Shown here one piece after another: positions 19,714-27,676 of a DNA stretch of 64,000 nucleotides. The DNA lies in assembly GCA_017860345.1 (NCBI GenBank), contig JAFNAV010000003.1, forward strand, positions 46,106-110,105, in the 5' to 3' direction. How positions within the stretch are numbered: the first letter of the stretch is position 1; every line of letters starts with the position of its first letter. The notes under the pieces were generated by a model. The model was given only the letters and a program-made list of their open reading frames with translations. It was not told the DNA's origin and did no database searches. Made by a program: the position numbers and the translations under genes. The DNA comes from Bacteroidota bacterium. Lineage in GTDB: Bacteria > Bacteroidota > Bacteroidia > Bacteroidales > Paludibacteraceae.

Positions 19714-20131
19714 TTTGTTGTTTGTTTTAGAGTGTTTTTTATTGATAAGATATATAATTTCTGTTTGATTGTAAGTGTTTGTTTGTAAGATGATTGTGTG
19801 CGTGTAGTTATGCTGTTTAAAACATAAAAATGCACGTGACTCACAGAATGAATCACAGCTTTAACATATTTGATGAGAAATCCTGAACCTATCTGTTGAT
19901 GCAGTGAAATGATTTTTAAAAAATCGATATATTTTCCAAAACCGCAAGTAGATAAGTGCCTGATATACCTTAGTCGTTAATCTATCGTGAATTGCTTCGG
20001 ATAAATACTAAATCATATGAGGTGATAAATCACACTGTTTTTTTTGTAAATGGCATTACATTTGATTAGGTACATCCAATGAAAAGCATTTTTGATAGCC
20101 AACAGTTAATTGCTCTTGTATTCGGGTACGA

Positions 20132-20188
20132 CAAAAGTAAAATGAATGATGGAAGATACAGAAGTATAAAATGGGACATATTGGGGAC
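20132..20188 (-). promoter_or_regulatory. Promoter for wza operon: -7 element TACTTTTG plus box GTCCCCAATATGTC
   Basis: caaaagta at 20132-20139; gacatattggggac at 20175-20188; 35-nt gap. Confidence 0.75.
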
Positions 20189-20378
20189 GTGTCTGTATGT
20201 TTATTGCTTATTGTATGTGTTTGTAATAGAAAAATCTATCGATAGTAATATCCTTTGTTACAAAACTTTAGGTGGCTATATGAGCGTAAGTTGATAGATT
20301 TTAGAGTGCTGTTTATGTTTTTGTATCTGATTAGCAGCTTGTTTTAATTCAGATGAATGTTAATGTGCATGAGAGCAC

Positions 20379-20435
20379 GTCCACAATTTGTCCTCTGTTT
20401 AGCCCTATTCAATAGTACATTAAAATTTAATTTTG
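20379..20435 (+). promoter_or_regulatory. Promoter for wcaJ: box GTCCACAATTTGTC plus -7 element TAATTTTG
   Basis: Box at 20379-20392, TAnnTTTG at 20428-20435, 35-nt gap. Confidence 0.75.
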
Positions 20436-20489
20436 TGCTAAAGAAATAACAGAACCAGTAAAAATTTTAAAATAAGAGTTTATATACAC

Positions 20490-21860
20490 ATGTTTACATT
20501 AGGAAGCGAATTAAGAAAACTATTCATAAGTATTGAAATAGTGTTGGTTAATATATCTATGGTGTTGGTCTCCGTGTTTAGCAGTCACTCTGTTTTTATC
20601 GATAAATACGATATTTTAATATTCTTTTTTACACAGAATATTTCGTTGCTGATTAGCTTTTATTTTTTCTGGAGAAATAAAGTTTACAGATTAGACAGGC
20701 TGTACAACTGGGTTAAGAATCTAACATTCTTGTGGTTGCGCTTTGTTGTAATGTCAGTGTTCTTAGTTTTCGTTTTTCAAACAAATGAGTTGTGGGTGAA
20801 ATCTTTTTTATTGGAAACCTATGTACTATTTTATGCAGCTCTGCTATCTTCTCATATACTAATATATTTGTATTTTAAAAATGGCAAGCCGCTGAAAAAC
20901 AAGAATAAAGGAGTGCTTATTGTAAGCAAAAGCAATACATATTCCAAAATCAGCGAAACGATTTTATCTAATCCGCTGTTGAATTACAATATCGTAAATC
21001 ACCTCAATATTGAGGACGACGATCATACAATAATCTCTAATGAAGCTTTAACAGAAGCTCTTAAGCTGAAGAATATTCAAACAGTATTTATTGAACTAAG
21101 CAATTCTAATTTACAAAGCAGAATCAGAGAAATAATCAAACTTTGTAATTTCTCGGGAGTCCGATTGTTTTTCATTCCCCGTAACCTTAAATGGTATCGG
21201 TCTGCTACAGTTACAAGTTTCGAAGGATATGAGTTTGTAAATCCTCAACGTATTCCGTTGGATAGCTCGGAATTGCGCATTCTGAAAAGAGTTTTTGATG
21301 TCGTATTTTCGATTGTTGTTATCGTTTTTATTCTACTCTGGCTCACTCCCTTGTTAGCTTTGCTTATCAGGCTTGAGTCCAAGGGACCTGTTTTTTTTAT
21401 TCAGGAACGTACCGGGATAAATAACAAAAATTTTAAATGTATAAAGTTCAGAAGCATGGTTGTGAATAACGATGCGGATACAAAACAGGCTACTAAAAAC
21501 GATAACAGGTTAACCCGAATAGGTGCGTTTATGCGTAAAACCAATATCGATGAATTACCGCAATTTTTCAATGTTCTGTTGGGCGACATGTCGGTAGTAG
21601 GGCCAAGACCTCATATGCTTAAACATACCGATATTTACTCATCTCTGGTTGAGCATTATTTATATAGGCATTTTGTAAAGCCGGGTTTAACGGGTTGGGC
21701 TCAGGTAAACGGGTATAGAGGCGAAACTGATCAACTTTGGAAGATGGAGAAAAGGGTGGAACATGATATTGAATACATTGAACATTGGTCTTTTTGGTTA
21801 GATGTTAAAATAGTAATAATGACGGTGTTTGGAAAATCATCGTTCTATAATGCCTTTTAA
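20490..21860 (+). CDS. wcaJ: Undecaprenyl-phosphate hexose-1-phosphate transferase (initiating PGT, WcaJ/WbaP type)
   Basis: Four N-terminal TMs, then KRVFDVV, IKFRSM, IDELPQFFNVLLGDMSVVGPRP and KPGLTGWAQV. Confidence 0.93.
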   Translation: MFTLGSELRKLFISIEIVLVNISMVLVSVFSSHSVFIDKYDILIFFFTQNISLLISFYFFWRNKVYRLDRLYNWVKNLTFLWLRFVVMSVFLVFVFQTNELWVKSFLLETYVLFYAALLSSHILIYLYFKNGKPLKNKNKGVLIVSKSNTYSKISETILSNPLLNYNIVNHLNIEDDDHTIISNEALTEALKLKNIQTVFIELSNSNLQSRIREIIKLCNFSGVRLFFIPRNLKWYRSATVTSFEGYEFVNPQRIPLDSSELRILKRVFDVVFSIVVIVFILLWLTPLLALLIRLESKGPVFFIQERTGINNKNFKCIKFRSMVVNNDADTKQATKNDNRLTRIGAFMRKTNIDELPQFFNVLLGDMSVVGPRPHMLKHTDIYSSLVEHYLYRHFVKPGLTGWAQVNGYRGETDQLWKMEKRVEHDIEYIEHWSFWLDVKIVIMTVFGKSSFYNAF

Positions 21861-21874
21861 AACTAATCTCAATT

Positions 21875-21911
21875 AAAAAACCCCGACAGTTATCGCAACT
21901 ATCGGGGATTT
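21875..21911. terminator. Intrinsic terminator between convergent wcaJ and M56-TonB genes
   Basis: aaaaaa-ccccgacagtt-atcgc-aactatcgggg-attt; the U-tract is on the minus strand. Confidence 0.7.
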
Positions 21912-21998
21912 GGGAGGATCTGAATGATTACGCATTGATTGTTATGATTATTTCATCTGAAAACTTACCAGATCTTCCATGTTTTATAGGATGTTGTA

Positions 21999-23579
21999 CT
22001 ATTGTGCTTTTTTCTCTTTCAATGTAATTTTCACCACTCCGTTTTTGCCTTTTTCACCATAAATAGCTGTGGCCGAAGCATCTTTAAGTACGTCTATCGA
22101 CTGAATGTCGGCAGGTTTAATTTGCAACATTTCTTCGTGGTTTATTTCTTTACCGTCTACTATAAACAAAGGTTGTTTTCCGTCGGGAGTGTTGATGCTA
22201 ATTACGCCCTCAGTTTTTTTATCATCACCCTGTAGTCTGAAATTTATTGGTAATGTATATTTCACACGTACAGCTTTCCCGCGTTGGGTGCCGGGTGTCC
22301 AGGCAGGCATGGCATTCACTACGCGTATAGCTTCGGCATCGAGCAGTGGGTCAACACCGCGCACGACCGTTACGTCAGATATTTTTCCGTCGGCATTCAC
22401 AATAAATTGTAGAATAACTCTACCCTGTACATTGTCCTTCACCGATTGTGCCGGATATTTTACATTGTCCGACAGGAATTTAATCAAAGCTTTATCTCCA
22501 CCCGGAAAAATAGGCATATTTTCAACTACTGTAAATAGTGGATCATCTGTACTTTCATTTTTATCATATACAACGGTTGCTGTAAATTTTGCTCCGTTTT
22601 CTTTGGTGTTGGCAACTACAACTTCAACATTCTTTTCCTTGTTGTCCTGCTGAACTGCAGCGGTTTTCTGAGTGGTGAGTTGGTCCTGCTGCTGCATCAT
22701 TTGTTTAGCAGTAGAGGCAAGTACTTCGGCATTGCTCATTAATACAAGCGATAACACAAGCGGTGCCGCCAGCAAATATTTGGCTACTGACGGTTTTCCT
22801 GATTTTTTTTGATTCATCATCATAATACGTTTTTTTAGAGGTGATACATTAAATTTATTTCCAAGTTTTATATCGGGAGTTTGATAAGATAATTGTAATA
22901 GATGGTATTGATACATACGGCTATCGAAACCGGATTTGATTACCTGATGGTCGGCAAGAAATTCGAGGTTTTGCCTGATTTCGTTTTTCAATAGCCACAC
23001 AAAGGGATTTATCCAGCACAAAGAGCAGGCTATTTCCGACACTATCACATCAAGGGAGTGTATCTGATGCACGTGTGTCATTTCGTGAGCCAAAATTTGC
23101 TCCAGTTCTTTTTCGGTATGCGATGCGGGGTTGATATAAATATTGCCAAAGAACGAAAATGGGGTAATATCGCGGTTTACAGCAATCACGCGGATACCGT
23201 TGACCCATTGCCGGCTGCCGCTGATACGTACTTTCATAATAGAAAAAAACTGTAAAACAATTTTACTTATAAGCGCTATACTCACCAGCCCATACGCTCC
23301 AAATAGTAGTGGCAGCAGGTCAATTTTTTTCTCCTCAGGCGTAATCACTACTTCGGGTAATGTCAGGTAATTGCTGATAATGTGCTGTACCGGTGTTTGT
23401 TGTTGAAGCCAGCCGGTAAGGTCGAGCGCCGGATATGCAAAGGCTACAGCTATACTTAGCAGCAGGTACAGGCGATGCGATTTCCAGAAAGTATCTTTGG
23501 CGAGAAAAACTTTGTAAAACAGATATAATGCAGCTATCGCAACATTTATCTTGATAAAAAATATAATTTCGGGTTTCAT
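21999..23579 (-). CDS. BlaR1-like M56 metallopeptidase fused to a TonB C-terminal domain and a SusC-type plug domain
   Basis: N-terminal TMs; PFSFFG, AHEMTH (HExxH), NPFVW, EFLAD and LKKRIMMM; then VENMPIFPGG...VKYP...QGRV...PINFRL (TonB_C); then PLFIVDG...IQSIDVLKDASATAIYG...NGVVKITLK (plug). Confidence 0.9.
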   Translation of the reverse strand: MKPEIIFFIKINVAIAALYLFYKVFLAKDTFWKSHRLYLLLSIAVAFAYPALDLTGWLQQQTPVQHIISNYLTLPEVVITPEEKKIDLLPLLFGAYGLVSIALISKIVLQFFSIMKVRISGSRQWVNGIRVIAVNRDITPFSFFGNIYINPASHTEKELEQILAHEMTHVHQIHSLDVIVSEIACSLCWINPFVWLLKNEIRQNLEFLADHQVIKSGFDSRMYQYHLLQLSYQTPDIKLGNKFNVSPLKKRIMMMNQKKSGKPSVAKYLLAAPLVLSLVLMSNAEVLASTAKQMMQQQDQLTTQKTAAVQQDNKEKNVEVVVANTKENGAKFTATVVYDKNESTDDPLFTVVENMPIFPGGDKALIKFLSDNVKYPAQSVKDNVQGRVILQFIVNADGKISDVTVVRGVDPLLDAEAIRVVNAMPAWTPGTQRGKAVRVKYTLPINFRLQGDDKKTEGVISINTPDGKQPLFIVDGKEINHEEMLQIKPADIQSIDVLKDASATAIYGEKGKNGVVKITLKEKKAQ

Positions 23580-23669
23580 CTGTTTTGTGTTTTAATGGTC
23601 AGAAATAGCAAAGTTCTTTTTTTTTGACATTTCAATCTGAAGTTTTATATTCAGAAATAACTAAGCTTT

Positions 23670-24026
23670 TTATTTTTTCTCAATAAGATTAATAATTTCC
23701 TGTAATTCCTCAGCGGTTATTTTATGCTTTTTGGCAAAGAAGCTAACCAGCTCTTTATAGGAATTTTCAAAATAATTGTTGACTATACCCGATAGGTAGC
23801 GCGATTTGTATTCGCTTTCGTCGACCAGCGGACTGTATTCGTACACATTACCATAGCGGGTTACTTTCAGAAAGCCTTTGCGTTGCAGGTTTTTGGCAAT
23901 GGACGCTACGGTGGTGTAAGGTGGTTTGGGGTCTTCCATCTGGTCGATGAAATCCCGTATAAAACCTTTTCCCAGTTTAAATACGATCAGCATTAATTCT
24001 TCTTCCTGGTGTGTTAGTTTTTCCAT
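23670..24026 (-). CDS. BlaI/MecI/CopY family transcriptional repressor
   Basis: MEKLTHQEEELM, PPYTTVAS, YEYSPL and YFENSYKELVSFF; immediately upstream of the M56 gene. Confidence 0.93.
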   Translation of the reverse strand: MEKLTHQEEELMLIVFKLGKGFIRDFIDQMEDPKPPYTTVASIAKNLQRKGFLKVTRYGNVYEYSPLVDESEYKSRYLSGIVNNYFENSYKELVSFFAKKHKITAEELQEIINLIEKK

Positions 24027-24080
24027 TTTTATTGCTAAATTGTATGTTTGTAATCAAGTAATTACGATTTTTATAAAAGT

Positions 24081-24123
24081 ACTACGAAAAAATCGTAGTG
24101 CAAAACTACGAAAATTTCGTAAT
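24081..24123 (-). promoter_or_regulatory. Tandem palindromic operator overlapping the blaI-like promoter
   Basis: ACTACGA-aaaaa-TCGTAGT (24081-24099) and ACTACGA-aaatt-TCGTAAT (24105-24123); minus-strand TAGTTTTG at 24101-24108. Confidence 0.75.
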
Positions 24124-24172
24124 TGTGATTCTTTTGAATCTGTTTTTTAAATATTTTTAAACTTTGAATATG

Positions 24173-24205
24173 TTTGACTTGTTATGATGAAAATACTTAC
24201 CTTTG
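24173..24205 (+). promoter_or_regulatory. Bacteroidetes sigma-A promoter for the S8-xseA-folB operon
   Basis: TTTG (24173-24176), 21-nt spacer, TACCTTTG (24198-24205). Confidence 0.65.
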
Positions 24206-24229
24206 TAATAAAGAAACATAGCTTTTTTT

Positions 24230-25855
24230 ATGAAAAGATTTTTTATTGTACTAATCATAGTATCGATGCCGCTTTGGGCAGTGCTTGAAGCCGCCGAAAG
24301 TTATTACTTCTATGTTCAGTTAAGCGATAAAAAAAACTCACCATACTCAGTAAACAATCCTCAGGAGTATTTGTCGGCTCGTGCCATCGAGCGGCGCAAT
24401 GCTTTCCAAATATCGTGCGATAGTACCGACTTGCCAGTAAATCAGCAGTATGTGGATCAAATTACAGCGTTGGGTGTTACCGTACATAACCGGAGCAAAT
24501 GGCTTAACGGTGTTACAGTGCTCACCACCGATTCGTCGGTAATGGCTCAGGTGCGTTTATTGCCATGTGTGCGCTGGGCTCGGTATACCGGCAAAACGGG
24601 AACAATTTCCGGGGTCAGGTCAAAATCAAGAGAGTCCGTAAATAACTTTGACTATGGTTTGTCGGCGACTCAAATCAATCAGATTAATGGTACGTATCTG
24701 CATAATCAGGGTTATACGGGTAAAGGAATTGTAGTGGGCGTACTTGACGGCGGGTTTTACAAGGCCGATGTTAATCCGGGCTTCGACAGCTTGCGGCTTC
24801 AGGGGCGTTTGTTAGGCGTAAAAGATATGATTTTGTCCGGAAATAATGTATATGCCGAGAATTACCATGGAGCCAATGTGCTATCCATAATGACCGGGAA
24901 TAAGCCCGGTTCGCACGTGGGTACGGCGCCTCACGCTTCGTTTTGGCTCATAAGAACTGAATACGACCCGAGCGAATATGTGGTTGAAACCGATTTTTGG
25001 GTATCCGGAATTGAGTTTGCCGATAGTGTAGGGGTAGACGTGGTGAATTCCTCGTTGGGATATACCACTTTTGACGACCCTACGATGAATTACAGTTACG
25101 CAGATATGAACGGTAAAGTAAGCCGGGCAAGTATCGCAGCCGGACTTGCAGCCGGAAAAGGAATCATCGTATGCAACAGCGCCGGGAACGAAGGCAATAA
25201 AGCATGGTACTACATAGGTGCGCCTGCCGATGCCGATGGTATTCTGGCCATTGGAGCTGTTACAGCCACAGGGGCAGCCAGCAGCTTCACCTCTTACGGG
25301 CCGGCTGCGGATGGGCGCGTAAAGCCCGATGTATCGGCCATGGGCACACTAACATCTTATGTTAATCCCGATGGAGAAACAACTACAGGGAACGGAACTT
25401 CATATTCGTCGCCGGTAGTTGCTGGTATGATGGCTTGCCTTTTACAGTATATAAAGGCCAATTATCAGGCTGCTTCTGTTTCGGAAATACTTCAGAGCGT
25501 CAGGGAGAGCGCTTCGTTGTACCAAACTCCTAATGCCCGTTTAGGGTATGGAATCCCCGATTTTCAGAAAGCAGCGTCAATATTTTCCTTGAGTCATCTG
25601 AAGAGAGTGGATGATAATTTGTTAGAGGCCTGTTATAATCCGGTTTCTAAAAATATCGACATACAATTGGCTGCAGTTTTGACGGCTACGGATTGTTTGG
25701 TGCGTTTGTACTCGGTATCGGGGGCAGAGCTGATGGTTACAAAACTTTCAGCGCAAAAAACATCGTTACCTGCGCAGGGCTTATCAGCCGGTGTGTATAT
25801 ACTACGCTTGCAAACGGGACAAAGAAGTACTGCCCGTAAACTTATTATTCAATAA
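24230..25855 (+). CDS. S8 subtilisin-like serine peptidase with T9SS type A C-terminal sorting domain
   Basis: Signal peptide; triad motifs VLDGG, YHGANV and GTSYSSP; SAGNEG; C-terminal NPVS...GVYILRL...KLIIQ. Confidence 0.92.
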   Translation: MKRFFIVLIIVSMPLWAVLEAAESYYFYVQLSDKKNSPYSVNNPQEYLSARAIERRNAFQISCDSTDLPVNQQYVDQITALGVTVHNRSKWLNGVTVLTTDSSVMAQVRLLPCVRWARYTGKTGTISGVRSKSRESVNNFDYGLSATQINQINGTYLHNQGYTGKGIVVGVLDGGFYKADVNPGFDSLRLQGRLLGVKDMILSGNNVYAENYHGANVLSIMTGNKPGSHVGTAPHASFWLIRTEYDPSEYVVETDFWVSGIEFADSVGVDVVNSSLGYTTFDDPTMNYSYADMNGKVSRASIAAGLAAGKGIIVCNSAGNEGNKAWYYIGAPADADGILAIGAVTATGAASSFTSYGPAADGRVKPDVSAMGTLTSYVNPDGETTTGNGTSYSSPVVAGMMACLLQYIKANYQAASVSEILQSVRESASLYQTPNARLGYGIPDFQKAASIFSLSHLKRVDDNLLEACYNPVSKNIDIQLAAVLTATDCLVRLYSVSGAELMVTKLSAQKTSLPAQGLSAGVYILRLQTGQRSTARKLIIQ

Positions 25856-25900
25856 TGTGTTTGCTTTTGATAATGAAAAAAAGACATTGATTATACATAT

Positions 25901-27130
25901 ATGGATTCAATAAGGCTATCGGAACTGACCGAAAGAGTTCAGGAAACCATCAAATTAAATTTCGGAAGTCCGGTATGGATAAGAGCCGAGATAAGTGAGC
26001 TACGCGAAAACAGTAACGGGCATTGCTATCTGGAGTTTGTGGAGAAAGATGCAGAAACCGACTTTTTAATAGCCAAATGTAAAGCCACCATCTGGAATGG
26101 TACATACAGGATGCTTAAGCCTTATTTTGAAAGTACAACAGGCCAGGAGTTCCGGTCGGGATTAAAAGTGCTTGTTGCGGTTACTGTTGACTTTCACAGT
26201 TTGTATGGCTTTAGTTTGAATGTGAAAGATATTGACCCGGTGTTTACCGTTGGCGATATGATGGCACGCCGGTTGCAGATTATCCGTAAACTTGAGGAGG
26301 ATGGGATTGCCGATATGAACAAATTGCTGCCATTCCCGGAACGACCTCAACGCATAGCTATTATATCGTCGGCCACGGCTGCCGGTTATGGCGACTTTAT
26401 GGATCAGCTGAGAAATAATCCTGCCGGTTTTGCTTTCTATACGCACCTTTTTCCTGCAATAGTGCAGGGTGAGCAGGCCGAAGCATCCATGATAGCTGCA
26501 CTCGACAGGATTTACGAACACGCAGATCTTTTTGACATTGTAGCTATTATCCGTGGTGGTGGAGCTACTACGGATTTAGCTTGTTTCGATTCGTACCAAC
26601 TGGCGCTCAACTGTGCCCAGTTTCCGTTACCGGTAGTGGCTGGTATCGGTCATCAGCGCGATGTATCGATACTGGATATGGTGGCCAATACCTCGGTAAA
26701 AACCCCTACGGCAGTAGCGGCATTGTTGCTCGATACAATGCAGGCATCGGAAGATAAGCTTATGGCTTTGACTAATAGCATTTATTATACTGTGAAAGAC
26801 AGGTTGCGAAATGAAAACGACTACATTAGCGATGTAAAGTGGCGGATAAGAAAGAGCCTTCAGGATAAGATTAGCGCGCGGCGTATACTTCACGAAAGGC
26901 ATACCAACAGGTTACGCAATACCGTACATGCTGTTTTCGTAAGAGAGCAAAACCGACTGATGTTGCTTGAGAAGAATATTGAAAGTCACTCTCCGGCTTT
27001 TTTACTAAAGCACGGTTATACGCTTACCACTGTGAATGGTGTAAGGCTTAAATCGGTGCACGATGTAAAGCGCGATGATGTGGTACGCACTTATTTGCAC
27101 GATGGCAATTTTGAAAGTAAAATTATTTAA
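25901..27130 (+). CDS. xseA: Exodeoxyribonuclease VII large subunit
   Basis: Motifs VWIRAEISEL, GHCYLE, IIRGGG, GIGHQRD and KTPTAVA. Confidence 0.95.
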   Translation: MDSIRLSELTERVQETIKLNFGSPVWIRAEISELRENSNGHCYLEFVEKDAETDFLIAKCKATIWNGTYRMLKPYFESTTGQEFRSGLKVLVAVTVDFHSLYGFSLNVKDIDPVFTVGDMMARRLQIIRKLEEDGIADMNKLLPFPERPQRIAIISSATAAGYGDFMDQLRNNPAGFAFYTHLFPAIVQGEQAEASMIAALDRIYEHADLFDIVAIIRGGGATTDLACFDSYQLALNCAQFPLPVVAGIGHQRDVSILDMVANTSVKTPTAVAALLLDTMQASEDKLMALTNSIYYTVKDRLRNENDYISDVKWRIRKSLQDKISARRILHERHTNRLRNTVHAVFVREQNRLMLLEKNIESHSPAFLLKHGYTLTTVNGVRLKSVHDVKRDDVVRTYLHDGNFESKII

Positions 27131-27145
27131 ACATAAAAAAACAAC

Positions 27146-27508
27146 ATGTCGGTAATTACATTGAATGAAATGGAGTTCCATGCTTTTCATGGCTGCTTGA
27201 GTCACGAAAAAGAACTCGGCAATACGTTTAGGGTTACATTAAGCATAAGTATTGATACGGCCAGGGCTGGCAGTACTGATAACCTGGCCGATACGCTCAA
27301 CTACCAGAAAGTATATGATGTGGTAAAACACGAAATGGATATTGCCTCAAACCTGATTGAGCATGTAGCGCAAAGAATAGCCGATGCAGTGATGGGGCAG
27401 TTTGCGGAAATAGATGAGATAAAGCTTTTGTTGTCAAAAAAGAACCCACCTCTGGGCGGTAAAGTGGAGTCGGTGTCTATCGAAATTCATAAAAAAAGAA
27501 TTTTATAA
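27146..27508 (+). CDS. folB: Dihydroneopterin aldolase
   Basis: Motifs FHAFHGC, DNLADTLNY, NLIEHVA and KKNPP. Confidence 0.95.
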   Translation: MSVITLNEMEFHAFHGCLSHEKELGNTFRVTLSISIDTARAGSTDNLADTLNYQKVYDVVKHEMDIASNLIEHVAQRIADAVMGQFAEIDEIKLLLSKKNPPLGGKVESVSIEIHKKRIL

Positions 27509-27558
27509 AAATAAAATGCAATAAAAATGTTTAAATATGCGACATTAAGGCAATTTTA

Positions 27559-27663
27559 TTTGCTTTAATGAATGCTTTTTAATATATTTGTTGTCTGAAT
27601 CCAATCAGGATGTCAGAGAAATGGTAAAACGAACGCGGATAATTTTCGCGTTCGGTTTTTTTT
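27559..27663 (+). promoter_or_regulatory. Promoter and structured leader with a terminator-like hairpin upstream of the POT transporter
   Basis: TTTG (27559-27562), 20-nt spacer, TATATTTG (27583-27590); hairpin cgaacgcg/cgcgttcg (27630-27654) followed by g and T8. Confidence 0.6.
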
Positions 27664-27676
27664 ATTAGTTTAAATA

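Noticed and set aside
20079-20294. 71-aa ORF in the wza-wcaJ intergenic region
   Set aside because: It overlaps the predicted wza promoter and box, and has no recognisable features.
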